Assembly: GCA_964593925.1 (NCBI GenBank)
Contig: CAZQKM010000019.1
Coordinates: 19,081 to 43,080, forward strand
Reading direction: 5' to 3'
DNA: 24,000 nt
Origin: an uncultured Desulfovibrionaceae bacterium
GTDB taxonomy: Bacteria; Desulfobacterota; Desulfovibrionia; Desulfovibrionales; Desulfovibrionaceae
Part shown: positions 8,000-16,700 of the stretch, in pieces
How the letters are laid out: each line of letters begins with the position of its first letter
Position numbering within the stretch: position 1 is the stretch's first letter
Position numbers and translations under genes: made by a program
The notes under the pieces: model-generated
What the model was told of the DNA's origin: nothing
Database searches by the model: none
The model's input: the letters and a program-made list of their open reading frames with translations, nothing else

Positions 8000-9394
8000 T
8001 TATAGTGCCATCGCACGGTCAAGCCGCCCAAGGGTACGGTCTTTACCAAGCAGCCCCATCACAGCAGCAAGATCAGGACCGCCCATACTACCCAATAAGG
8101 CCACACGTAAAGGCGGCCCCACCATTTTAAACTTAAGGCCATTGTCTGCCACATACTGTTGCAGCATATAATGCGCTGCCTGTCCATCAAACGGATCACA
8201 ACCCGCAAAAGCACTACGCAAGGCATGCAGGTGGGCCCGCCCTTCCTCGCTCAACGCTTTAGCAACAGCGCCGGTATCAAAAACAAGGTCTGCATCAGCA
8301 CACAGTACAGGCTGCATGGCCGTTGCCAACTCCAAAAGGTCTCGAGCACGCTCCTTGTACATCCCCACAGCCGCTGCCAGGCAGACATCATCAATAACTC
8401 CATATCCGGCATCAGCAAGAAAAGGACGTACCAACAGCGCCAGTTCGGTATCAGGAGTTGCCTTGATATATTGTGCATTGAGCCAAAGTAGCTTGTCAGG
8501 GTCAAACCCTGCCGCGGAACGTGAAAGACTGTCTGTGCTAAAAAGCGCCACCAGTTCCTGTAATGTAAATTTTTCCTGATCCTTATGGGACCAGCCAAGA
8601 CGTACAAGATAATTCACCAACGCATGGGGCAGTATGCCGGCCTGCTTGTATTCGATGACGGCTTTGGCTCCATGGCGTTTGGACAACTTTTGCCTGTCCG
8701 AACCAAGAATCATAGGGACATGCCCAAACAAAGGCACAGACAACCTCAAAGCCTCGTAAAGCAGAATCTGCTTGGGGGTATTGTTTACATGATCATCACC
8801 CCGTAACACATGCGTCACCCCCATGGTAGCATCATCCACCACCACGGCCAAGTTGTACGTGGCAGAGCCGTCTGCTCGACGCAGAATCATGTCATCCAGC
8901 TCGACATTTTCAAAAGCAATGGGACCTTTGACCAAGTCGGTGAATATTGTTTTTCCACTTTGCGGCGCTTTTAGGCGTACCACACAGCCCGGCCCGCCTG
9001 TCAGGCCAAGCTTCCGACAATGCCCGTCATATTTAGGCTTTGCCCCGCGCTCCCGAGCTGCCTCGCGCATGGCTTCCACTTCATCAGGGCTACACTGGCA
9101 CCAATAGGCTTTGCCTTCTTCCAGCAAGCGGTCAATATATGCATTGTATACCTCTGCACGGTGGCTCTGGTATACTGGCTCACCGTCCCAATCCAAGCCA
9201 AGCCATGCCATGGATGCTAAAATGGCATCTGTATATTCCTGCTTTGAACGCTGGCCATCAGTATCCTCAATCCGTAATACAAACTGACCTTGGCAATGAC
9301 GGGCCAGCAACCAACTGAACACGGCGGTACGCGCGCCGCCAAGATGCAAGTGCCCCGTGGGGCTGGGTGCAAACCTCGTAACAACCTTACTCAT
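8000..9394 (-). CDS. gltX: Glutamyl-tRNA synthetase
   Basis: 464 aa. The N-terminus is MSKVVTRFAPSPTGHLHLGGARTAVFSWLLAR (class I HIGH-type motif). It also has the KLSKRHG (KMSKS) motif. Length and overall sequence are typical of bacterial GltX. Confidence 0.95.
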   Translation of the reverse strand: MSKVVTRFAPSPTGHLHLGGARTAVFSWLLARHCQGQFVLRIEDTDGQRSKQEYTDAILASMAWLGLDWDGEPVYQSHRAEVYNAYIDRLLEEGKAYWCQCSPDEVEAMREAARERGAKPKYDGHCRKLGLTGGPGCVVRLKAPQSGKTIFTDLVKGPIAFENVELDDMILRRADGSATYNLAVVVDDATMGVTHVLRGDDHVNNTPKQILLYEALRLSVPLFGHVPMILGSDRQKLSKRHGAKAVIEYKQAGILPHALVNYLVRLGWSHKDQEKFTLQELVALFSTDSLSRSAAGFDPDKLLWLNAQYIKATPDTELALLVRPFLADAGYGVIDDVCLAAAVGMYKERARDLLELATAMQPVLCADADLVFDTGAVAKALSEEGRAHLHALRSAFAGCDPFDGQAAHYMLQQYVADNGLKFKMVGPPLRVALLGSMGGPDLAAVMGLLGKDRTLGRLDRAMAL

Positions 9395-9608
9395 ACAATA
9401 TCCTCATATGCCTTTGTCATACAAAAGCGTCGATATCTGAAGCCGCATGATCATGCTTACCAGCTTCGTTTCTTACTACCCCAAAAACATATCCACACGC
9501 CCCAAAAGTAGGCAGGCATACACACCAACGCCACAGCTACCCTGACAGCAGACCACAAGAATGCTTATGGTCTTGCTCCAGACGAATGGAAAAACCACCG
9601 TAAAAAAA

Positions 9609-10490
9609 CTAGACGATGACCACCGTGCACTTACGCTGCCAATCCACAGGATGATAAGTCAATTTTGCCTTACGCAGTCCCTCGTCCCCCAAGTCCTGTT
9701 CGCGATTGATGTACGCGTATCCTGTTCCCTCGCGCTCCACAAACATCTGATTGATTGCCTGGTATACGCCGCGGTACTCCTCGCGGGCCTTTTCAAAATG
9801 TACCACCATGGTATCTTCCGTCAAAGCTTCACCCACGGTATAGGCCACCATCAGGCCATCCACATACAACGTCCCGCCCCTAAGCCCCGGTATAGTGTCC
9901 CAATGCTCCAGAATACGTACCACAGCCTCATTTTCAGCCAACAAGGATTCGGATTCTTCACACTCACGCGAACGACACCACTCACGCTGCAGTTGCAGCA
10001 CAGCCTCTATGCAATCCGCTGTCATGGGGTGATACTGCCAGCTATATTGCTTTTTGAAGCCATTCACATGGTTTCTTTTTTTATGATATTTATTGCCAGC
10101 AAGCGTAGCCAGTTTTTCCGCAAGGTATACATAATCCCATTGGTCACGGGATTCTATGACCTGTACGCCTCCCCTCAGTCGCTTCTGCCATACTGTTGCA
10201 AGCTGCTCCGGCACCCGGATAAACGCTCTACCCGGCACCATCATGGGGCACTGGGGCCAGTCCTTCACCACAGCCCAGTCACCCACAGGAGCCCAATAAT
10301 ACACCTCTGGCTTTGTCTGTCGTATCCAAAACAAATTGGGGGTACGGCCAAGTTCAATACCATACTCCAGAGCCCAACCCCACAGATTGGTAAAGCTGTA
10401 ATCAGAAGTACGTACCGGCGTTTTGGCAAAAAACGCATTGTACTCTGCCATTACATCCATGCTGATGGGACGAAATTCCACTGTATGCAC
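9609..10490 (-). CDS. DUF2156-like protein (related to the C-terminal aminoacyl-tRNA-dependent transferase domain of MprF; GNAT-like fold)
   Basis: 293-aa soluble, Trp-rich ORF. The N-terminal signature is ...FFAKTPVRTSDYSFTNLWGWALEY..., which I recognise as DUF2156/LPG_synthase_C-like. It has a GTG start at 10490, 21 nt after the MATE stop. The gene call is solid. The family assignment is from memory only. Confidence 0.55.
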   Translation of the reverse strand: MHTVEFRPISMDVMAEYNAFFAKTPVRTSDYSFTNLWGWALEYGIELGRTPNLFWIRQTKPEVYYWAPVGDWAVVKDWPQCPMMVPGRAFIRVPEQLATVWQKRLRGGVQVIESRDQWDYVYLAEKLATLAGNKYHKKRNHVNGFKKQYSWQYHPMTADCIEAVLQLQREWCRSRECEESESLLAENEAVVRILEHWDTIPGLRGGTLYVDGLMVAYTVGEALTEDTMVVHFEKAREEYRGVYQAINQMFVEREGTGYAYINREQDLGDEGLRKAKLTYHPVDWQRKCTVVIV

Positions 10491-10511
10491 CAGATTATCA
10501 CTCCCTGTTTA

Positions 10512-11963
10512 TCAGGAAACCGTGTCCCCACTTTTACGGGATATATCACCATTACGCTTGATCATGCTAAAACGGCTCCAGTCGTGATACAGAAAAAGCC
10601 AAAACATAATCGTGGACTGAAACACCTGTGAAATGAGCATGGCCACAAATACGCCTTCGGAATTTTGCCACACATGGTGCCCCATCACATATGCCACCGG
10701 CAAACGCACCAGCCATGTAGCAGAACTGTATACAATAAATGTATAGACAGTGGCCCCTGCCCCGGTCATGATACCGCCCATGGTCATACTGGCCACGGTA
10801 AAAGGAACGGATATAAGATTGTACTTGAGGTATACGGCTGCTTGAGCTTGCACCAACGGTTCAGGCGATAAAAAAGCACATATACGGGCAACAAAGGGCC
10901 ACATCCCCACCGCCACCAAGCTCAACGAACCGCAGGCAATAAACAGTAGCCGTAGGGCCACACGCTTTGCCTCCTCTTTTTGCCCCGCACCCAGATAATG
11001 TCCCACCAGAATACTGGCAGTCATATTAAAGGCAAAAGCCGGCAAAAAAAGTAATGCTTCTATACGCATGCCGGCAGTCATCCCTGCCAGGGTATCTTCG
11101 CTGGCCAACGGCAACGAGCCCGTAATAGCAAAAAGCACCAAGTATCCTGCCTGCCACATGATCTGCATACCGCCGGCGGGCAGCGCCACCTTGAGCAGGT
11201 AAGGCCCGGCACGGCGTGCCCAGCGCCACGGTGCTGGCGTATCATAGCGCCACAGACCTTTTTTCCACAGCATCACAAGACTAAAAACAGCACCAGCTGA
11301 AACAGAAAAAAATGTGGCCCATGCAACCCCGGCATAGCCCATTTTGGGCAGCCCCCACCAGCCAAGTCCCAAGCCGAAATCAGCCACAGCATTCACAAGG
11401 CTCACCAGCATCATGCAAACAAGAGGAATATGGACTAACGTACGTGCTCGAAACGCCGCATTACTGATGTTCAACATATAGTACATGGGCAGCACATACA
11501 AATACACGTCATAAAAATACGCTGTCACAGGTCGGATACGCTCTGGAACCTGTAGTAAGTCGAGAAAAAGCTCTTTGGCAAAAAATCCGCATGCCAGAAC
11601 CAGCACACTTACGGCCAGTCCCAGCTTGAGCACCAGTGCCACATAGCGCTGTGCCCGTTTGGGTAACCCTGCTCCCATTGACTGGCCAATGGTCGCTACA
11701 GCAGCATTGGCAACAGCAATGGCTACAACCAACAAAAAAAACATACACTGCGTAATAATCCCCAGTGACGCCTGCACATCCTGATGGATTCTACCCGCTA
11801 CCCATACGTCCACAAAACCAATGAGAAAATGAAAAAACATCATGACCATCTGCGGCCATGTAAGGCTGAAAATGGCGGTATCAGACCCCCGCCCTGCCCA
11901 AGGGCTAAAACGCCCCAGTGCACCAGGTGCGGACAATTTGACAGATGAATGCGCGGAAGCCAT
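10512..11963 (-). CDS. MATE-family efflux transporter
   Basis: ORF 10512..12047(-). Preferred start is ATG 11963 (MASAHSS...). About 12 hydrophobic segments. The two half-repeat motifs IGQSMGAGLPKRAQRY and VGHYLGAGQKEEAKRV are typical of the internal duplication in MATE proteins. Confidence 0.8.
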   Translation of the reverse strand: MASAHSSVKLSAPGALGRFSPWAGRGSDTAIFSLTWPQMVMMFFHFLIGFVDVWVAGRIHQDVQASLGIITQCMFFLLVVAIAVANAAVATIGQSMGAGLPKRAQRYVALVLKLGLAVSVLVLACGFFAKELFLDLLQVPERIRPVTAYFYDVYLYVLPMYYMLNISNAAFRARTLVHIPLVCMMLVSLVNAVADFGLGLGWWGLPKMGYAGVAWATFFSVSAGAVFSLVMLWKKGLWRYDTPAPWRWARRAGPYLLKVALPAGGMQIMWQAGYLVLFAITGSLPLASEDTLAGMTAGMRIEALLFLPAFAFNMTASILVGHYLGAGQKEEAKRVALRLLFIACGSLSLVAVGMWPFVARICAFLSPEPLVQAQAAVYLKYNLISVPFTVASMTMGGIMTGAGATVYTFIVYSSATWLVRLPVAYVMGHHVWQNSEGVFVAMLISQVFQSTIMFWLFLYHDWSRFSMIKRNGDISRKSGDTVS

Positions 11964-12108
11964 AAGATACCAGCCTCGGAAAAATGTACTTGCCCTGCAA
12001 AAACAATCAACAATATGGCAAACGTTACATCGTGCCTCAGTTCCCAAGACAGGTCAACAAACTATACCCAAATACTGTAAAAGCATCTCGTATGCTGCCC
12101 CCAACAGC

Positions 12109-13167
12109 CTACGTTTCCAAAACATCTCCCACAGGGAGCTGATGAACACAGCCGCCTTCGTCCTTCAGCAGTAGCCTTCCACTATCATCCACATCCAGCA
12201 CCTGCCCTGTAATCACAGCATCCCCCCTGCCTAAACGGATATGATGTCCTACGATATGAGAGCATGACTTCCAACGGCTCACCACCGCACTTTCACCCTG
12301 AGTGCAAAATAACGTATACCATTCCTCCAGTGCTTCCAGGACATGCCGAGCCACGGGTGCGCGAGGAATCCTCCAGCCCTCTGGAGCCTGCTCGGCCACT
12401 CCTGCCATATGCTCACCTGTCACAGCTTCGCACAGCGAAATAGCCGTATCAGGCACTTCCAACCCCAACTTGCTACTGTCTGCAGACACATTAATACCCA
12501 CACCAAGCACAGCGTAGTCCAGCATGTCCGCAACCACCCCTGCCTCCACCAGGACCCCGCAAACCTTGCGTTGATGTATCAGCACGTCATTGGGCCACTT
12601 GGCAACAGCAGGCAAGCCTGTCATCTTACGTACAGCTTCAGTAACAGCAGCCGCTGTCAGCAAGGTTAATACGGGTACATTTTGCAGTGTACATCCGGGC
12701 CGCAGCAGCACAGACATGTATACGCCGCCGCCAGCTGGCGAATGCCATGTCCTGCCCTGCCGACCACGGCCGGCTGTCTGTTGCTCAGCAAGCACAACCG
12801 TGCCTTCCGCAGCGCCCTGCTCCGCCAACACCCGTGCCTCCATATTGGTGGAGGGTGTGCTGGCAAAATATACCACACGCCCCTGTCCAAAACATGCGGT
12901 ACGCAAACCATACCGAACTGCTTCATCCCGCAACGTATCCGCATCTCCCCCCAAGCGATAGCCATGCCGCGTTACGGCCTCCACAGGGTAGCCGACCTCT
13001 TTGAGCAATCGCATGTGCTTGGACACAGCCGCACGCGAGATACCAAGCTCCCGCCCCAATGTAGAACCTGAAACCCACTGCCCGGGATGTGCGTGCAAGA
13101 TTCGCAATATACTCAGACGCACGTGCTCGCCTTTGGAATCCTTTATCACAGTCAATTGTAAACCCAT
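12109..13167 (-). CDS. birA: Bifunctional biotin-[acetyl-CoA-carboxylase] ligase / biotin operon repressor
   Basis: The N-terminal winged HTH is STLGRELGISRAAVSKHMRLLKEVGYPVEAVTRHGYRL. The ligase motif is QTAGRGRQGRTWHSPAGGG (GRGRxGRxW). It is divergent from bioB. The start is uncertain: ATG 13167 has no SD and lies inside the operator, and GTG 13146 (VIKDSKGEH...) is an alternative. Confidence 0.9.
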   Translation of the reverse strand: MGLQLTVIKDSKGEHVRLSILRILHAHPGQWVSGSTLGRELGISRAAVSKHMRLLKEVGYPVEAVTRHGYRLGGDADTLRDEAVRYGLRTACFGQGRVVYFASTPSTNMEARVLAEQGAAEGTVVLAEQQTAGRGRQGRTWHSPAGGGVYMSVLLRPGCTLQNVPVLTLLTAAAVTEAVRKMTGLPAVAKWPNDVLIHQRKVCGVLVEAGVVADMLDYAVLGVGINVSADSSKLGLEVPDTAISLCEAVTGEHMAGVAEQAPEGWRIPRAPVARHVLEALEEWYTLFCTQGESAVVSRWKSCSHIVGHHIRLGRGDAVITGQVLDVDDSGRLLLKDEGGCVHQLPVGDVLET

Positions 13168-13188
13168 ATTAAAATAAAATGTTGACAA
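13156..13188. promoter_or_regulatory. BirA operator (bioO-like inverted repeat) in the birA-bioB divergent region
   Basis: TTGTAAACC (13156-13164), 15-nt A/T-rich spacer, then TGTTGACAA (13180-13188). The left half is identical to the E. coli-type BirA half-site TTGTAAACC. The right half matches GGTTTACAA at 7 of 9 positions. It lies 79 nt upstream of the bioB ATG and overlaps the annotated birA ATG. Confidence 0.7.
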
Positions 13189-13267
13189 TATAAAATACCA
13201 CACGCTACACCCCTTCCAGCCACTGACCCCATACCCTGTTGGCGTGGGTGACCATCAAGGATTGTAT

Positions 13268-14239
13268 ATGCTCATCGACTACACCGCACTATGCCAACGT
13301 ATTGTACACACCCCAGGCCTGGCTGCCACACCAGACGAAGCTGAGCGCCTTCTTGCCTTACCCCCCAGAGACACTCTGCCGTTATTGGCATGTGCCCAAC
13401 GCATCCGGCAAGCGCACAGCCCCACTGTATTTACATGCGCCATCATTAATGCGCGCTCAGGGCGCTGTGCCGAAAACTGCGCATTTTGTGCTCAATCAGC
13501 GCATCATGGCACCAATGCACCCATATATGATATGCTCTCCGTCACTGAGCTTATTCGGCGTGCCCAATGTTTTGCCGAAGCCGGTGTCAACAGGCTTGGA
13601 ATTGTCATTAGCGGCACGCGCCCCGGCATACGCGAAATTGACAGTGTATGTGAAGCCATACAACGCATTACAAAAAAAACATCGCTATCCATGTGTGCCT
13701 CGCTTGGCCTGATCACTGCCGAGCACGCGCAAATGCTCCACCAAGCGGGCCTTGAGCGTTACCACCACAATCTGGAAACCGCACGCAGCTTTTTTAACAA
13801 CATATGTACCACCCATGACTACGACGAAGCTGTGCATACCGTCAAACTCGCCCGACAGGCTGGCCTGCGCATCTGCTGTGGGGGTATTCTCGGTCTTGGT
13901 GAATCTTATGCGCACCTTACCGAACTGGCCGCAGAGCTTGAGCAGCTTACCGTGGACTCCATTCCCATAAATTTCCTTACACCCATTGCCGGAACCCCGC
14001 TGGCAAAACAGCCTCCAATGCCGCCTTTTGAGGCGTTACGCGCCATTGCTGCATTCCGATTCATGCATCCTGAACAGGATATCCTTGTGGCTGGCGGACG
14101 CGAGAATACACTTGGCCAGTACCGTTCATGGACCTTCATAAGCGGCGCCAACGGCCTTATGGTGGGTGACTACCTGACCACATCAGGCCAGGGGCTTACC
14201 CACGATTACGCCATGTTACGCGCCATGGGAGTTATCTAG
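13268..14239 (+). CDS. bioB: Biotin synthase (radical SAM)
   Basis: ORF 13244..14239(+). Preferred start is ATG 13268, with AAGGA 6 nt upstream. It has the radical-SAM motif CAENCAFC (CxxxCxxC), YHHNLET, and the overall BioB length and pattern. Confidence 0.95.
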   Translation: MLIDYTALCQRIVHTPGLAATPDEAERLLALPPRDTLPLLACAQRIRQAHSPTVFTCAIINARSGRCAENCAFCAQSAHHGTNAPIYDMLSVTELIRRAQCFAEAGVNRLGIVISGTRPGIREIDSVCEAIQRITKKTSLSMCASLGLITAEHAQMLHQAGLERYHHNLETARSFFNNICTTHDYDEAVHTVKLARQAGLRICCGGILGLGESYAHLTELAAELEQLTVDSIPINFLTPIAGTPLAKQPPMPPFEALRAIAAFRFMHPEQDILVAGGRENTLGQYRSWTFISGANGLMVGDYLTTSGQGLTHDYAMLRAMGVI

Positions 14240-15609
14240 TGTCGCATCCCCACGCCGAAACCCTCCGTTTACGCACCCTTGATGCCGCACATGTGTGGCA
14301 CCCTTTCACACAAATGGCCACCTGGCATAAAGACAATCCGCTTATCATCAACAGCGGCCAGGGAAGCTGGCTTACGGATACCGACGGCAAACGCTACCTA
14401 GACGGCGTATCCTCACTGTGGACCAATGTACATGGCCACAGGCATCCAGATATTGATGGCGCAGTACGCGATCAACTCGACAAAATTGCCCATTCCACCC
14501 TACTGGGCCTGTCCAATACACCTGCCGTAGAGTTGGCTGCCATGCTGGCAACTGTCAGTCCCCCAGGGCTTACACGTGTTTTTTACTCCGACAGTGGATC
14601 CAGTGCTGTGGAAGTAGCGCTAAAAATCGCGTATCAATATCAACGTCAACGCGGCCTCTCCGGTAAGGAGCGTACCGCCTTCTTGTGCCTGCACAACGCC
14701 TACCACGGCGATACCGTAGGAGCCGTTTCCCTAGGCGGTATTGACCTATTTCATGCGGTCTATGGTCCGCTGCTTTTTGCGACTGTTCGCGCCCAGAGCC
14801 CATACTGTTATCGTTGCCCTTTTGATAAAGAAGCCCAGAGCTGTGCCAAAGAATGCTTTACCCATCTGGAGGCAATGGCTGAACAGCATGCCACGGAACT
14901 GGCCGCATTAGTCATTGAGCCCCTGGTCCAAGGGGCTGCCGGCCAAGTTACGCATCCCCCAGGGTACCTCGCCCACGCTCGCAAGCTTTGCGACCATTAT
15001 GGAATGCTGCTCATTGCTGATGAGGTGGCAGTGGGGTTTGGCAAAACAGGCACACTCTTTGCCTGCGAACAAGAAAATGTAACTCCTGATCTGTTATGCT
15101 TGGCCAAAGGTATCTCTGGCGGCTACCTGCCTTTGGCCGCAACCCTTGCCACTGATGCGGTATATGAAGCATTTTTAGGTACCCATTCGGAGTGCCGCAC
15201 TTTTTTCCATGGTCATACCTACACCGGCAACCCGCTGGCTTGCGCCGCGGGTATCGCCAGCCTCAAGCTCTTTGACAGTGAAAATACCCTTGCCCGGCTG
15301 GGGGGTATCATCACTCACTATGCCGCCCTGCTGCATCCCCTCAAAGAACACCCTCATGTAGGGCAAATCCGCCGTCAAGGAATCATGACCGGTATTGAGC
15401 TGGTGGCAAAAAAAGACTCTAAAACGCCATATCCCTTTGCTGAACGCATGGGGCACAAAGTTGTCATGGCCGCCCGCAAACGGGGAGTTATTATCCGCCC
15501 TCTGGGAGATGTTCTAGTACTCATGCCACCTCTTAGCATCACTCCAAAAGAGTGTGATCTGTTGGTTAATGCCGTTGCCGAAGCCATTGACGAGGTCACA
15601 GGGGGCTAG
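14239..15609 (+). CDS. bioA: Adenosylmethionine-8-amino-7-oxononanoate aminotransferase
   Basis: GTG start overlaps the bioB TAG by 1 nt (TAGTG). Motifs are WHPFTQM, ADEVAVGFGKTGTLFACE and LAKGISGGYLPL (PLP lysine region). 456 aa. Confidence 0.95.
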   Translation: MSHPHAETLRLRTLDAAHVWHPFTQMATWHKDNPLIINSGQGSWLTDTDGKRYLDGVSSLWTNVHGHRHPDIDGAVRDQLDKIAHSTLLGLSNTPAVELAAMLATVSPPGLTRVFYSDSGSSAVEVALKIAYQYQRQRGLSGKERTAFLCLHNAYHGDTVGAVSLGGIDLFHAVYGPLLFATVRAQSPYCYRCPFDKEAQSCAKECFTHLEAMAEQHATELAALVIEPLVQGAAGQVTHPPGYLAHARKLCDHYGMLLIADEVAVGFGKTGTLFACEQENVTPDLLCLAKGISGGYLPLAATLATDAVYEAFLGTHSECRTFFHGHTYTGNPLACAAGIASLKLFDSENTLARLGGIITHYAALLHPLKEHPHVGQIRRQGIMTGIELVAKKDSKTPYPFAERMGHKVVMAARKRGVIIRPLGDVLVLMPPLSITPKECDLLVNAVAEAIDEVTGG

Positions 15610-15613
15610 CGCC

Positions 15614-15934
15614 ATGCATATGCCGAATACCGGATCACATGCCATGCCACAAAAACTATATGGCAGCTTTCATTTTTCCCCCCATGACCCCGTGTATGTA
15701 GAGCATTTTCCTGGTGCCCCCTGTGTACCGGGCTCCTTCCTTGTAGCCGCTTTTACCCAAGTGGCCACACAGCACGTACATGCAGGTCCCTGGCATGCAC
15801 ATAATTTTCGATTTCGAAGCTTCGTACCACCAGGAACACATCCTTTTTGCGTGGAATACTCGACAACAGAACTACGATGTACCCTGCATGTAGGCGAACT
15901 CAAGGCTATTACAGGAAAACTCTTATGTCGCTGA
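15614..15934 (+). CDS. Truncated FabZ-like hotdog-fold protein (3-hydroxyacyl-ACP dehydratase homologue, catalytic His present, Glu position = Ala)
   Basis: ORF 15554..15934(+). Preferred start is ATG 15614, 4 nt after the bioA stop. FSPHDPVYVEHFPGAPCVPGSFLVAAFTQVAT aligns without gaps to the FabZ motif N-E-P-F-F-x-G-HFPGxPxxPGVLxxEAxAQ. FRFRSFVPPG matches the FabZ ARFKRPVVPG region. It is only 106 aa and lacks the N-terminal PHRFPFLLVD strand. Confidence 0.7.
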   Translation: MHMPNTGSHAMPQKLYGSFHFSPHDPVYVEHFPGAPCVPGSFLVAAFTQVATQHVHAGPWHAHNFRFRSFVPPGTHPFCVEYSTTELRCTLHVGELKAITGKLLCR

Positions 15935-16686
15935 GCTTTCGCCATGGGGCCGTATTGATTCTAGGTGGTAGCAGCCATCTGGGGCGTACTGTGGCATATG
16001 CGCTTATGGCCGCGGGGGTCCCTGTTTGCCTCAGCGTCCGGAATAGTCAGCGCCAGGCAGACTTGGCCCATGCTTTTGCAGCCTCCTACCCCGCAACTGT
16101 CACAGCGGATCTTAGCTCTCCAGATGCAGCAGATAGCCTCATCCTACAAGTAGAACATGCCCTGCAACAACAGTATGGTACGGATTTAACCGTAGGCTAC
16201 CTAGTGGACTTTCTGCACACCGACTATGAAACGCTGCTCGCCGCAGCTGCTCCTGAACGCATCAGTACCTATGTGGAGAGTAACATCACATGGCGTGGCC
16301 GTATGCTCCGTGGTGTCAGTCGTCACATGCTACATCACGGCACAGGGCGCATGCTGTTTGTTTCTTCTACTGCGGCCGTGCTGCCCAATGCAGGGCAAGG
16401 ACTATATAGTGCATCAAAGCTGGCGGGCGAAGCGCTGTATCGCAATATGGGTATAGAGCTGGCAGCCAAGGGTATAACTACCTGTAGCCTACGCCTGGGA
16501 TACGTCAATGCAGGACGTGGAGCACAATACCTGCAACAGACCGATGTTACGACACGTATCCCCATGCAGCGTGCCTTGAGTTCCATAGAAGTAGCACAGG
16601 CCTGCACATTTTTACTCTGTGACCACTCCATCGGTATCAATGCCACCACAATAACCATGGACGGCGGCCTTACCGCCTGTAAATAA
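15925..16686 (+). CDS. Short-chain dehydrogenase/reductase, FabG-like (3-oxoacyl-ACP reductase homologue)
   Basis: ORF 15847..16686(+). Preferred start is ATG 15925 (MSLSFRHGAVLILGGSSHLGRTVA...), with AGGAAA 6 nt upstream and a 10-nt overlap with the previous gene. It has a Rossmann glycine motif GGSSHLG and the catalytic elements FVSSTAA ... YSASKLAGE (S, YxxxK). 253 aa. Confidence 0.85.
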   Translation: MSLSFRHGAVLILGGSSHLGRTVAYALMAAGVPVCLSVRNSQRQADLAHAFAASYPATVTADLSSPDAADSLILQVEHALQQQYGTDLTVGYLVDFLHTDYETLLAAAAPERISTYVESNITWRGRMLRGVSRHMLHHGTGRMLFVSSTAAVLPNAGQGLYSASKLAGEALYRNMGIELAAKGITTCSLRLGYVNAGRGAQYLQQTDVTTRIPMQRALSSIEVAQACTFLLCDHSIGINATTITMDGGLTACK

Positions 16687-16700
16687 CAGGAGAACTCGTC

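Noticed and set aside
9561-10631. 356-aa ORF on the plus strand
   Set aside because: It is antisense to the DUF2156-like gene and runs across the gene junction into the MATE gene. Its composition is His/Leu/Thr-rich and low in complexity, with no motif and no SD. The minus-strand genes have recognisable family features.
13182-13210. TTGACA inside the BirA operator as the -35 element of the bio promoter
   Set aside because: There is no convincing -10 hexamer at 16-18 nt spacing (CTACAC/GCTACA). The promoter consensus for this lineage is uncertain. It is mentioned only as a possibility in the operator finding.
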